Shown here: piece by piece, positions 53,001 to 62,338 of the stretch
Layout of the letters: the number at the start of each line of letters is the position of its first letter
Numbering within the stretch: position 1 is the first letter of the stretch
The notes under the pieces: generated by a model
Seen by the model: the letters and a program-made list of their open reading frames with translations, nothing else
The model's database searches: none
What the model was told of the DNA's origin: nothing
Assembly (NCBI RefSeq): GCF_963853765.1
Contig: NC_088855.1
Span: forward strand, 17,484,001-17,548,000
DNA: 64,000 nt
Direction of reading: 5' to 3'
Source: Magallana gigas
Taxonomy: Eukaryota
Translations under genes and position numbers: made by a program

Positions 53001-53414
53001 TATTTGTCACATATGAAATTTAATAAACCCCTCATAATTCATACTCCAGATTCGACGCCAAGAGACAAAAATTAAAATTCCCATCTCTGCTATATACATG
53101 TATAAGATGTTAATTATCTATAACACAACAGAACACACGTTATATTTGTTTGAGGACTCTCTTGCCGTTCTAGAAGGGAAAATTCAACATTTGAACTAAT
53201 AATGCAAACTACTTACTTTATCTTTGTAGATGTACTTTCGAATGGCACTGAATCCTACAGCTAACATTGAGGCAAATACACCGAACCCTAGAATCAGCCA
53301 AAAGGCCTCGGTCATCCTGAGTGATCCATGGACTCCAACTGTTGCTTCATCTGACGGCGATCCACGCCCATTCAGTAAAAATCCACATTCAGTGTTATTA
53401 AAAACAGCAAACAT
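13758..53414 (-). CDS. DUR3: Urea-proton symporter DUR3-like (sodium:solute symporter family), 13 coding exons, 791 aa; span of spliced CDS
   Basis: Thirteen GT-AG exons joined by hand with matching phases; total 2376 nt = 791 codons + stop. Family motifs: SQWTWAATLLQS, YGISGPFWYAAGA, APGAKTFLQ, GGLGATFY, FGTIFVDQSYWQS, AVTSTGSAE, SLGWVYLFMG, DIDNPLNPW. Confidence 0.95.
14246..14745 (+). mobile_element. Family B Helentron-like element with ~160-bp internal tandem units (DUR3 intron 12)
   Basis: Starts AAACAAGAGATGTTTGT; units start at 14285, 14446 and 14606 (last partial); (GACC/GACA)n microsatellite; terminal GCCCTCCC..GGGGGGC hairpin followed by A-run. Confidence 0.8.
14860..15085 (+). repeat. 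Single satellite-like monomer (resembles the oyster ~166-bp Cg170/HindIII type, from memory); related fragment at about 42560-42727 plus 47189-47250
   Basis: Shared GCCCTCTTT..CCCTACGGC.GGGCCAAT..(G)CCA.ATAG..AATG core at both places. Confidence 0.45.
15815..16004 (-). CDS. DUR3: DUR3 exon 12 (DLNLRAAH...ASFKRW)
   Basis: TTTCAAG acceptor, GTAAGT donor, 190 nt, phase 2-0. Confidence 0.9.
16229..16639. mobile_element. Tc1/mariner-like MITE, 411 bp, with GGGTTTAC/GTAAACCC subterminal arrays (DUR3 intron 11)
   Basis: TA|CAGTACCGATCAGA(C/T)CCAACCTAACA inverted ends, TA duplication. Confidence 0.85.
16716..16887 (-). CDS. DUR3: DUR3 exon 11 (KENAMLAGN...DIDNPLNPWTERYA)
   Basis: GATATAG acceptor, GTAAGA donor, 172 nt, phase 1-2. 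Confidence 0.92.
17962..18172 (-). CDS. DUR3: DUR3 exon 10 (LSLGWVYLFMG...FFENT)
   Basis: CCCAATAG acceptor, weak GTGATC donor, 211 nt, phase 0-1. Confidence 0.92.
18632..18794 (-). CDS. DUR3: DUR3 exon 9 (EREICKKAIKPKYRCVTHG...LNLLG)
   Basis: TTTTTTCAG acceptor, GTGGGT donor, 163 nt, phase 2-0. Confidence 0.9.
19738..20225. mobile_element. Family K2 element with right end deleted (first duplication copy)
   Basis: TTAA|AGGGATTTGGACACGATTTGAG at the same flanking site as 23148; no right TIR seen; end coordinate approximate. Confidence 0.65.
21247..22314. mobile_element. Non-autonomous mariner-like element, 1068 bp
   Basis: TA|CGAGGGTCAATC(C/A)AAAAATACGAAGAC inverted ends, TA on both sides; empty site visible in the duplicate at about 25130-25140. 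Confidence 0.85.
23148..23689. mobile_element. Family K2 element in DUR3 intron 8 (second duplication copy)
   Basis: GGACTTGGACGCGATTTGAG ... CTCAAATCGTGTCCAAGTTCCCCT inverted ends; homologous to 63380-63885. Confidence 0.75.
25592..25722 (-). CDS. DUR3: DUR3 exon 8 (PYRLVTDANSCILCGRSRGR...CNACTEDD), Cys-rich loop
   Basis: TTTTTCAG acceptor, GTAAGT donor, 131 nt, phase 0-2; too short for the ORF track. Confidence 0.9.
25840..25997 (-). CDS. DUR3: DUR3 exon 7 (LVPVVVAQKLLG...YQLYLK)
   Basis: TTTGTAG acceptor, GTTATT donor, 158 nt, phase 1-0, AVTSTGSAE motif. Coding frame differs from the listed 25832-26074 ORF. Confidence 0.93.
27708..27914 (-). CDS. DUR3: DUR3 exon 6 (NFGTIFVDQSYWQS...DVDA)
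   Basis: CTGTTTCAG acceptor, GTAAAG donor, 207 nt, phase 1-1. Confidence 0.95.
28061..28183 (-). CDS. DUR3: DUR3 exon 5 (TVDKVY...GVINIV)
   Basis: TATTTCAG acceptor, GTACGA donor, 123 nt, phase 1-1. Confidence 0.93.
28366..28575 (-). CDS. DUR3: DUR3 exon 4 (GAAVMKSL...SSTRTL)
   Basis: CTAG acceptor, GTAATG donor, 210 nt, phase 1-1, GGLGATFY motif. Confidence 0.93.
31222..31432 (-). CDS. DUR3: DUR3 exon 3 (YGISGPFWY...TAMLML)
   Basis: TTTTTTCAG acceptor, GTGCGA donor, 211 nt, phase 0-1. Confidence 0.95.
32594..32851. mobile_element. Short Kolobok-like MITE; partial sister copy at about 30790-30950
   Basis: GGGTCCTCCACACCCT left end versus AGGGTGTGTCGAGGACC|TTAA right end; internal similarity to 30790-30950. 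Confidence 0.5.
33110..33232 (-). CDS. DUR3: DUR3 exon 2 (NSLDVSFDAGG...ATVGSK)
   Basis: TTTATTTCAG acceptor, GTACGT donor, 123 nt, phase 0-0, SQWTWAATLLQS motif. Confidence 0.95.
34040..34956 (-). mobile_element. Family A Helentron-like element, 4 monomers, inverted, in DUR3 intron 1
   Basis: Reverse complement of the same termini and 180-bp monomer. Confidence 0.85.
39025..39245 (+). repeat. Two-copy tandem repeat, period about 109 bp
   Basis: GGTATCC..ATTTGAGACAAAGTTACAACTCAAATGG at 39025 and 39134. Confidence 0.8.
39337..39984. mobile_element. Tc1/mariner-like MITE, 648 bp
   Basis: TA|CAGGGTGTCCCAGAATATCT ... AGATATTCTGGGACACCCTG|TA. Confidence 0.85.
41795..42482. mobile_element. TIR element (Kolobok-like) carrying tRNA-type Pol III boxes
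   Basis: TTAA|GAATATAGGTGGATAAG left; CTTATCCCC..CCTATATTC right (flank TTTT, degenerate). Confidence 0.55.
42205..42278 (+). promoter_or_regulatory. tRNA-like A box (TAGCTCAGTGG) and B box (GGTTCGATACC); not a foldable tRNA
   Basis: Both match the Pol III internal promoter consensus; no anticodon arm or acceptor stem, with T-runs between the boxes. Confidence 0.6.
43413..46264 (-). pseudogene. Sola-type DDD transposase pseudogene (frameshifts, stop, nested insertion)
   Basis: Motifs FPTVQSHYCRK, FDLQKVL..P..YYNRKL, WHETEAKRGSCEI, SDSCTGQQRN and GHSQMEGDSVHATIE spread across several frames. Family assignment from recalled motifs; the 5' end may extend to about 46540. Confidence 0.82.
44970..45465. 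mobile_element. Family K1 Kolobok-like element inserted in the Sola transposase
   Basis: Perfect TTAA duplications at 44966-69 and 45466-69; removing the element and one TTAA rejoins the transposase sequence (RRNLNRKDCRRRFQC). Confidence 0.88.
47490..48905 (+). pseudogene. hAT transposase remnant (ZMYM1/DUF4371-like, with C-terminal dimerisation domain)
   Basis: IVDEATDCSTKEQ, DGAASMAG...GVQA, THCRA, CETKWFSR, TAERFFSVMRRLKTYLRST; many frameshifts and stops. Confidence 0.85.
48939..49410 (-). mobile_element. Family B Helentron-like element, inverted, inserted behind the hAT transposase remnant
   Basis: Reverse complement of the 14246 element including ACAAGAGATGTTTGT end, microsatellite and hairpin. 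Confidence 0.8.
49730..49847 (+). mobile_element. 3' terminus of the hAT element
   Basis: GC-rich subterminal stretch ending TTAGCTACGCCCCTG (reverse CAGGGGCGTAGCTAA, hAT-type TIR); matching 5' end not found. Confidence 0.6.
49876..50049. mobile_element. Foldback MITE, TA-flanked
   Basis: Inverted arms of about 65 bp with core ATAACACACCAAGCGGTGCAG. Confidence 0.75.
53217..53414 (-). CDS. DUR3: DUR3 exon 1 (MFAVFNN...IYKDK, 66 aa)
   Basis: ATG at 53414 in A-rich context, first hydrophobic helix, phase-0 donor GTAAGT at 53216-53211 matching exon 2. An upstream start or UTR exon cannot be excluded. Confidence 0.85.
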
Positions 53415-54826
53415 TTTTTTCTTTCTTTGTGAAAAAAATTGAAATTAATTTAACTAGTCCGCATACCAAATGAAATATCTAAAATTTCATGAAGCACAGT
53501 CAGTGGTAATTAATTAACACAAAAGGATGTAATAGACATTTAAAAACGTTTCGTCCTAAGGTAAAAACGCAAAGAAATATTAAGCCTTTCGAGAACGCGT
53601 AAGCCAATCATACTAGTATTTAGTAATAAAATTCATGGAGAGAGACCAGTAGTTATACCAGCGATGTCGATCGATAGAACATCTCTGTCAATGAAGATTG
53701 CGGAAAAGTGGCATGCATTTCAACAAACTTATAAATAAATTGTTATGGAAAACGGCATCATCATCATCAGTTAATGGGTTATACAAGCCTTTTTTTGTTC
53801 ACTTCCTCTTCATTTTTTTTTAGTTCATTTGAAATCTTGTTTTTAATCTCACATAGTCACATGCCCATTTTACTTTATTATGCATTGTTAAACACTGAAT
53901 CCACAAAAAAATTACAAACTATTTATCTATCTTGATTCGTTTTATATTCTGCGACCAATGGAATGATTGTAGAGGATGAAATATCTTACAGTAGAATGTA
54001 CTGATATGTTCATTCACGAAGTATTCATTTGATAACAACAAGAAAATTCCAGCATATATACATTCAACCTTATTTTCAGGTACAAAATATGTAATTGAAG
54101 TCAAAATTATTATAAATGATGCCCTTGTCCTTTAATATTTTGATAGAAGTTGATATATTTTTTTAGGCCTACAGACACTTTTCTTTTGTACTATTTTGAC
54201 ATATCATTTATTTATATTTTGTAATTTTCGTTCCTCTTCTTTATTTCGTTTTGTTGCGAAGAGTTCGTTGTTTTCTCTTGAATACTTTATTTTTGCAAGT
54301 CGTTCTATCGATATTTGCAATTGCAACTTCTCGGGCCGTTCAGGCAGATTTTGGAAAAACACCTCCAAAGCATTAACATTACCGAATGTTAGAAATTTAT
54401 TTTTAAAAAATGGAGTCGCTTTCCATCAATTTAGACAGCCTTGTACAGTGTGTTCTCTTCTCTGGTATATTTTAGCGTATATCATCGAATTCAATGATGT
54501 CTAGCTCAATAGATCGTGTTGTATTTAAATCAAGCTTTACGGTATTTCTAAAAAGGTGGGGTGTCATGGATGCCTGTGCAATATATTCGAGGCGTTTTTC
54601 CGAGCTCTGGATCTGCCAAAAAGACCCAAGAAGTTCCGATTGTCTATATTTAATGTTTAGCTTGCCTGACCAAAAGACTCAACTGAAATGTTTTGATCAA
54701 AATATGACCAGCGTCTGTAGTCGTCATATTCGTAGTTGTCCGCTGTGTTAACTTTTCGCATTGCAACGTAGAACAAATTGACCAACCGAACTACCATACA
54801 AAATGATGGTTACGTTGTCATCTCTA

Positions 54827-55017
54827 GTTTTTGAGATTCGGGGCCCTACCGAAAATACACTACTCATTATAAGTGGTAGGAATTTACCAATAGTACATGT
54901 AGGTGGTCCTAAAAATGTCAGCAACCAGGGTAGGAGCTTTTGATGTTCCGAGCAAGTTGTTTAAAATAGCCCTATAATGAATAGTGTATTTTCGGTAGGA
55001 TCCAGAATCTCAAAAAC
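54827..55017. mobile_element. TA-flanked MITE upstream of DUR3
   Basis: ~45-bp imperfect TIR GTTTTTGAGATTC..CCTACCGAAAATACACTA.TCATTATA. Confidence 0.75.
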
Positions 55018-56153
55018 TATTCATTTGATGATTTCACCGTCATTTTTCCTAATGATAGTGGTTTACCTCTATAAGATGGCCCTAAAAATTTCATTTGTAA
55101 AATATGAATGATTAATTTTAATTACCGAACTGCGTTCTAGAATGCAATCACTTTTAAACTGAGAATTGCGAACTGCGTTCCTAAAACCGATTGCTTTACA
55201 CGCAACACATAATTATTTAAACGGTAGAAGAGTCGTGCCACATCACGAAACACTAGGCGCATATACCAATCTGGGATATAGAATTTGATGTCTTTTTAAA
55301 TAATTACGATCTTTTAGATACTAAATTTACTTTGAAATCCGGTTTTTCTTCTAAAGAATCGAAAATTCAAATTATAAGATCATTATAAGAAAACAAGGGA
55401 AAACAAGGGAAAAGATTCGATTTCGTCTAAGATAGTGAAAAAGAAATTAGAGAATATAAAATTTGGTGTTTGGTTTGTAAATAATTACTTCAAGGATCTG
55501 AAAAGTTTCATGGATCTAACGGCGTAATATTATTGTCATTTGATGATATTTTCTCTTTATTTTCGCAATTGTTTAAAAAGAAACCAGCGACCTTAGATCA
55601 TGTATGTAATTAAACGTCAAAGCGATATTCAATGGTACACATGTAGGTGTTTCCATAAATAATAAATAGGACTTAGTCTTAAACCATTTTAACAAGACGT
55701 AAGACTTTAGTAAGGATGTAACTACGTCTTTTTATTGCATCAAAACAAGTTTAAATGACGCTGGTTTCAAGTGAAATATGCATAGATTGCGTAGTCCTAG
55801 CTCAAATGCCAAAACAATTGTGTTGATTTCAAAGAGCCATGGCCGAGTGGCCAGCAATGGCCTGTCACTTTGCTGTCTGACACAACGACTCAAGTCCAAG
55901 CTCTACATTGATTATGGATATCGGTACTATTTTTGATAAAACACAAACTTTAGGTTGTTCTAAAACTAAAAGTAGTATCACTGGTCACATTACAATCATT
56001 ACTGGCGTTGTATTATAGGAAATACCACATGTTAGGTGTTTGTTCTCAGATTATTTTCTCTGAGTCAGTAAAACTGTCTGTCAAATGAAAATTTATATAC
56101 ATGTTGTCAAACCGAGTGCAACAAAATAATACAACGTAGTGCTAGTCAATCTG

Positions 56154-56159
56154 TTTATT
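56154..56159 (-). promoter_or_regulatory. Candidate polyadenylation signal of the CAP gene
   Basis: AATAAA on the minus strand 105 nt after the stop. Confidence 0.5.
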
Positions 56160-56263
56160 TCAATTTAGTTTTCAGAGGCCTCAATATATTTCCTAAAGAA
56201 ATTTTCAATCTTTTAGACTAAATATACGGTCATCTTCTGGAATATACTCAAATTTTTGTTTTA

Positions 56264-56481
56264 CTAAATATCTTCTTTTTCTTCGGAGCTTTCATGGGAA
56301 TCTTCTGGAGGCACCAGATTGTCCAGCTCATTACCCTGGAGTATGTGATCAGGTTGTGGATTACCTGTAGGTGGTACTACAGGAGCACGGTTCTGGCGGT
56401 TAAGGGCTCTAACAAATTCGTACAGCTGATCTACGGAACCGAGTCCGAACAACCTTTGAAGTTCCCGCTTTTTCGAATCAT
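56264..56481 (-). CDS. CAP protein last exon (DSKKRELQRLFGLG...EEKEDI*)
   Basis: TAATTTCAG acceptor, phase 1 matches exon 5, TAG stop, AATAAA at 56159-56154. Confidence 0.75.
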
Positions 56482-59400
56482 CTGAAATTATAACATGGTA
56501 CTTAGTTTATAACACCTAATAAGGTTACACTGACAAGTATAATAGTAGAGTTATAAAGTGGTGTGCATTTAATTACAGCTAACGATCCCCTGGTCCCCTC
56601 TTTTCTGAAAACCAAGATTTTGTTGAAGTTAAATAAAGTTATCAAAATTAAAATACATAACATAACTAAATTAACATTTTATTGTCATATTAAAAGATCT
56701 TTAAAAAATTGAAATAATTTTATTATTCTGCCCAGGTTGACCATAAAATATAAAAAGAAAAGAGGCGGCTTTAGTTGTAATCTTTAATCAATTTTGGTAG
56801 AAAATATCCTAATGAAAAACTCAAAACACCAAACACACACAACCAAGTACATTAAAATTACCAAAAATGGAAAATTAGATAAAAGAATACTGACTGCACA
56901 GACGGCCGTACCAGCACCATATTCTTATCAGCTTGCCATCACCACACCTCGCTCGGCCACACCCCAGCTGGGCCATCTTTGGTGCGATCACCTTGATTTT
57001 ATTGAGAAAAGGCAAAACATGTATACAACTGGCTTATCCTTTATTACACTGGTACCTATACATGTTTATCTTCATATCTTGTGATTTTTACATTTTTTAA
57101 TATCATTAAATAGCATATATACACTTTCAAACAGTAAATATTTTTTTTATTGAAAGAACAAGTGGAATAAAATATTCAACAACTACTTAGAAGATGGGAA
57201 TAATGAAACTAAATAATTCCTGTAAAAGTAAAATATTACTAATATTTTTTTCTTTATTGGGATTGGATTGGTGGTTAGTCATAGTTAATAACACTACCAC
57301 TGGGCAGTAGAAAAGATCTGAAAAGATTAAATGCATAGTCACTTAATGACAAATAGGGTCCCAATCCCAAACCAGACTACTCGCAAAGCGACCAGGGACT
57401 TTAATGTGTTGGCAGATGTGTCCTTCCTCATACTAACCGTGTAGTTAATTTTTTCCTGATTGATACCTAGTTGTATACATGCGTGAATCTTCAGGGGAAG
57501 GAGAGTCGGGAAGTTCAAGAACCCTCCCCCTTTAGTGATTCAAATAAATAAATTTTCATAGTAAATTTACACCCAAAAATGCCTTTGAACCTCCTCAAGC
57601 AAACTGAGATATCTCTCGGACACTCTCCTTTCTGGATCAGTGCACGTCATAGTATGTAGATTTTTAAAGACTTAAATATATTTAGCTTTATATCACCAAT
57701 AATAAGAGTGGCGCCATAACACTGGAATGTAACAAATTTGGTAGTGGTTTATCTTAACCATGTACAATGTAAAGAGTTTGTTTGCTGCTTAGGTGGAAAG
57801 AAAATTTCAAATAACATATTAATATTGATTTAATTTTTACCAAAAATTGAATGAATGTTAAATAAATAATGGAGATAAGACACATCAATTTCACTGTTGA
57901 TGCGCTCTTTTTCATACAGAAGCCACAAATCATTGACGATTTCATAACCTTGTAAGAAGAAGATGATATGTTCAAAATTATACAAAACGACTCAAGACGA
58001 ATGATAGAAAAAAAGAATCGAATCCGAGTCGTCAGTGACATAGAAGCAAATGAATTCCATCCCCCACCTGGGTGAATAAAAAGTCATTCATGTGTATATT
58101 ATACGAGAAAATAATTTACCAGCTTGTAATGGCCGCATTTTTTCCAGGGCTCGTTACACTTGCGAAGTGTGTAATTCCAGTAACGTTTTTCGTTCTCAAA
58201 GGCTCGAGTTGCATCATCTCCAGACACTGCCAACGAAAAGTTCACTTGTTTGTATGTCGCAGACAGTATTATTTTCACAATTTGCGCATGTATATATATA
58301 TTATACAATTGTACTTACAGGCTGTACCAAGAGTAGTAATTGTATCAAGGATAAACGACGGGAAAAGAAGAGTGCATAAATGCTACAAAAAGTCATGCAA
58401 TGTTTATCAGCTTGGTTAGACTACATTCACCATCAATTTTTTAATTTTAAGATTTAAAATTATTTAACCAATATATGTACATGTACCACATGCAGAGCCT
58501 AACCTGTAGGATTTTAATTTTGTGCTTATATTCATTTTGATGTTTATTTGATGCTTCATCGCATTAAAGTTATTATATACATGTGCGTTCTTTGTCATGG
58601 AAATAAATAATAGACGGAACAGCCATAAAACATGTTATTTAGTTCGCTTCCGCGGCTTGAATTACCGATTTTTATTATACGTACTTATCAATTTGGTTAT
58701 ACAAGTTTGAAAGTCTCATTAAATCTTAAAATCTCACAATAAATCTATTCAAAACGCGTGATGACGTTTACTGTGTTCATTCGCCGTGATCAGGTTTAGT
58801 GTGTTATTGAAAATCGAACGTTAAAGACTTCAGTGTAAACATAAGGTGAAATATGTGCTGAGTGTTAATATTTACTTTATGTTACTACTTATTGCATATT
58901 GTGCATCAATGTATTGTATAAGAAAACTTATGATTGATAAGTACAACAACGAGACAACAAACCTGTTCCGTATCCACTCCAGCCGTTCTCTCCTATCCAG
59001 CCACAGGAGTCAGTCAGCCGGATCCTTTCTTTGTAATCGGAGTGATTTCTGTAGCATTTACGCGCGTAAGTCAAGGCATGATCCGCCAGAGTCGAGTTCC
59101 ATGTCTGTTGAATAAAAATATAAAGAGGTGTAAACGAGACTTTTTGGTATGTGTGTCCTTTGCTTTCCTGTAGAACATGTATTCAAAATCAAATAATATG
59201 GCTTCGAAATTAATTGGATGCTCTATTCAAATATTAACTTCCTTTAGGTATTCAAAGAGATATCAAACATAAATATAACATTCCTACTTAAGTACTTTGA
59301 TGGTTTATAAGAGCTAGGAAGGCAAAGATCAATCAAACATTAGTATCTGCTAACAAGGGACGTTTTTATCATGCAAAGCTTGCCACCTTTATTCCTAAAT

Positions 59401-59742
59401 GAGCCACTAAAATATGCATTTCACTAGATTCACAAATACACGTTTGTTTCACACTAATTCATATATGCTAAAATATTCCTGGTTTTCATCTGTCAATTCT
59501 GCTTATAGCTGAAACAGAGTTGGTAAAAATTACAAGATATAAGATGGGAGGAAACTCCAAAAAATGCAAGGGAAGCACTTACCAGCAAACCGAGTTCTCT
59601 TGAAGCCTCTTGTCGCACCCTGTTGTGTTCATCTACCAAGTATTTTTTCCACTCATTGCAGTTCAAATCATTATCTGGACACAGATAACAGTGCGCTTGC
59701 AAGGAGACGCTCAGAAAAATACAGCTAAAGACAACCAAGTAC
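56264..59742 (-). CDS. Secreted CAP-superfamily (SCP/Tpx-1/Ag5/PR-1) protein, about 241-242 aa; span of five assembled exons, start exon further upstream
   Basis: Exons join in phase. Signal peptide YLVVFSCIFLSVSLQAHC, then CAP landmarks LVDEHNRVR, TWNSTLADHA..YARKC, HS, GEN, CGHY, LGCG..RC, C.Y. Confidence 0.88.
56895..56991 (-). CDS. CAP protein exon 5 (VIAPKMAQLGCGRARC...IWCWYGRLC)
   Basis: ATCAAG acceptor, GTCAGT donor, 97 nt, phase 0-1; GCG..RC and C.Y motifs. Confidence 0.85.
58120..58226 (-). CDS. CAP protein exon 4 (SGDDATRAFENEK...KKCGHYKL)
   Basis: TTTTCGTTGGCAG acceptor (alternative in-frame ACAAG 18 nt upstream), GTAAAT donor, 107 nt, phase 1-0. Confidence 0.85.
58963..59104 (-). 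CDS. CAP protein exon 3 (TWNSTLADHALTYARKC...GWIGENGWSGYGT)
   Basis: TTTTATTCAACAG acceptor, GTTTGT donor, 142 nt, phase 0-1; not in the ORF track. Confidence 0.88.
59583..59742 (-). CDS. CAP protein exon 2 (signal peptide to HNRVRQEASRELGLL)
   Basis: TTTACTATAG acceptor, GTAAGT donor, 160 nt, phase 2-0. Confidence 0.88.
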
Positions 59743-60034
59743 CTATAGTAAAGTTTTAGTTGTTCATCACATCAGTAAACACCATTTTATAAAATAGGTT
59801 TATGAAGACAAACAAAAAATTTGGAAATCATTAATATACATGTAATATATATGACAACAAAAGTTGCTGTTGCTTTTAAGTAGTATCTTCACTCAGGCAC
59901 TTGCAATTACTATTTGCATTACCAATAATTTGGGATTTTACTAAATAGTTTACGAAGTTAAATATTTCTTATTTTCATTTCAATGCAATCACACAGACGA
60001 TAAAAGTATACAACGGAGATAAAGTAATGATATA

Positions 60035-61083
60035 CGAGGGTTGTTCGGAAATTATTGAGACAACTCCAATATTTTCTTTTTTAAACGACGAATTTTGGTG
60101 AAAATTGGCATAGACACTGAAGAAACGCCAACAAATAATAAAACAAAGTAATATTAAAAGAATATTTAATATTTTGTTTACGACGGTAGGTAAACAAGTC
60201 GGTGGTCGGGGTACCCGGTGCAGCCATGAACATGGAGATTTAACAACTTAAACATCTACTTTATAAGTGTCCGTAGAATTACAGTTTATGATTAAAGAAA
60301 TAAAATTAAATATTTTCATTTTGCTATTCTTTGCGACTAACTTTTGATTAAGTTTTACTGATGTTCAAGTTGAAATACGGATATGGTACACGTATATTTA
60401 CCAAACAATAGAAATCTGACAACGACTTTACATTGAATTTTGACGTCAAGGCGGCGCATTGAAAACCGTCCATCTGGTGGAAATCTCAGAGAGAGGCATT
60501 TTAAGGCCACGCAAATGATAAAAAACTATACGAAGACAAGATATAGAGCATCAGCTCATCATATTTTTTTTCATTAATTGCTTAACTAGAATTAGACCAA
60601 AGGGATTAATTATCAAGTACTTTTGACACACTAACTGTTGTCAACAGTTCTGAAATATATAAAAAATGACTGCAGTAGACATTCACAGTAATTAGGCTTT
60701 CGGGTAAAAATAACTTGATCCCCCCCCCCCCAAAAAAAAAAAAAACAAGAATGAGAGAAGTTGTAATTGATAACATCTTGAAATGAAAACAAAAGATGAG
60801 AAATAAAGAATAATTCTTATTTCCGTTCGTTTGTAAAGTGTTTAAAACACATGAGCAATAAGAAGCGTTAAAATGACGTTGCGAAAAGTTTGCAGTTGCG
60901 CCGGGTCACTGGACGAAGGCACGTTGGTCAGCTTACCAGGTATGATCTATTCAGGCCATGGACAAGAAACTTTTCACATTGGTTATCTCTATCCTGATTT
61001 ACGTTTTGGTGAAATTTAAAGAGTTAATCTTTTTTACTAAAAGAATACAAGAAAATGTCTCAATAATTTCCGAACAACCCTCG
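60035..61083. mobile_element. Non-autonomous mariner-like element, 1049 bp, upstream of CAP exon 2
   Basis: Perfect TIR of about 28 bp CGAGGGTTGTTCGGAAATTATTGAGACA; TA left, TT right. Confidence 0.8.
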
Positions 61084-62115
61084 TTATTTGAAAAAAGGAC
61101 ACTTAAAATTGTTTTAATTTAAAAGTATATTTTTCAAAATTATTAAATCATTATTTAAATATTTATGTCAAGATTAACTTTCTAGCAATATCTCATCCTA
61201 CATACGTTTCAAAAGATTACTTGATCTATGTATGAACAACGACCTTGAAATGTGTCACGTGATTATTACCAACGATGCAGCTGACAGCTTGACATATGGT
61301 CTTCAGAACGATAAAGTACAACGATTTTTTTTTCATTACAGCAAATATAAAACATCGTAAAATCAAGTACTAGGAACCAAAAAAAAAAGCAATAAAAGAA
61401 AACCAAGATTTTGAGGTAAAAACACGCGTCTATATTTTCTGTTCCTTCCCGCACTGATGCCAGTAACGTGGGAAATGTAATTTCATGCTTAAGCAATATA
61501 AAAAAATACATAGTAATTTGTCTACTAGGTAAATCACCATGGGAGCGGTTGCTATCGGAGTTCAAACTCTTTAAAGGAGTTTTTAATCATTTGATGTACG
61601 AAACACATGTATGCATTCAAAATTGATTTTTTTAGAAAAAAATTTATTGCGCCATATATACTTACAGCATATAGTGAACAAACATATAAAATACATTATT
61701 CTTAAGGTCTGTCAAAATATCAATTTCATTTAGTGAATAAATTACAACATTTCACTTTTGGGGATTTACAGTGGTAAAATTTCCATTATACATCCTTTTG
61801 GTTACATTTGATGCCGCGCCATGAATGTCTAGAATATTGTGATTTTCATAATATAGAGTTACCTAAATATGATATGTCGCATACAAATGAATGTGTTGCT
61901 ATACTGTTCTCTGACATCTATATATATATTGTAACAAGCATTATTTAGTATGATGTCAGACTTGAAAATTGTCTATTTATTACATTTCTTATTATTTTCA
62001 CGATTAACAAATCGAGTTTGATAGTTGGGTAACATATTTTCACAACGAATTCTCTAAGCGATATTTTCACAGGCACTAAGGGGCTCTACGAATCCCCTAT
62101 ATACTTGTTCATATA

Positions 62116-62338
62116 CCAAATGTGGAAACCTCATTGTTCGTTGGAGACCAATGTTCTTGAATTTCACGGGTAACCCTTGTCCACCCACGAATTTACATCC
62201 CCTCGAGCGTATTTACTATTTGTTTAATATTTATTAAAATTATCTCGAACTTTCTACCAACGAAATTACGTCCTCATGAATTTGGAAAAATTAGCTACCC
62301 ACGAACATTGACCATCACGAATAAAAATGATCCCAAAG
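62116..62338. mobile_element. Degenerate mariner-like MITE
   Basis: Imperfect inverted ends (..TTGTTCGTTGGAGACCAATGTTC / GAACATTGACCATCACGAATAAAAATGAT..|TA). Confidence 0.4.

Noticed and set aside
55840-55900. Second tRNA/SINE head (TGGCCGAGTGG A box)
   Set aside because: The B box is too degenerate to support a call.
57478-57647. hAT-type MITE (CATGCG...GGATC ends); similar start near 17490
   Set aside because: Ends too degenerate and no 8-bp target duplication visible.
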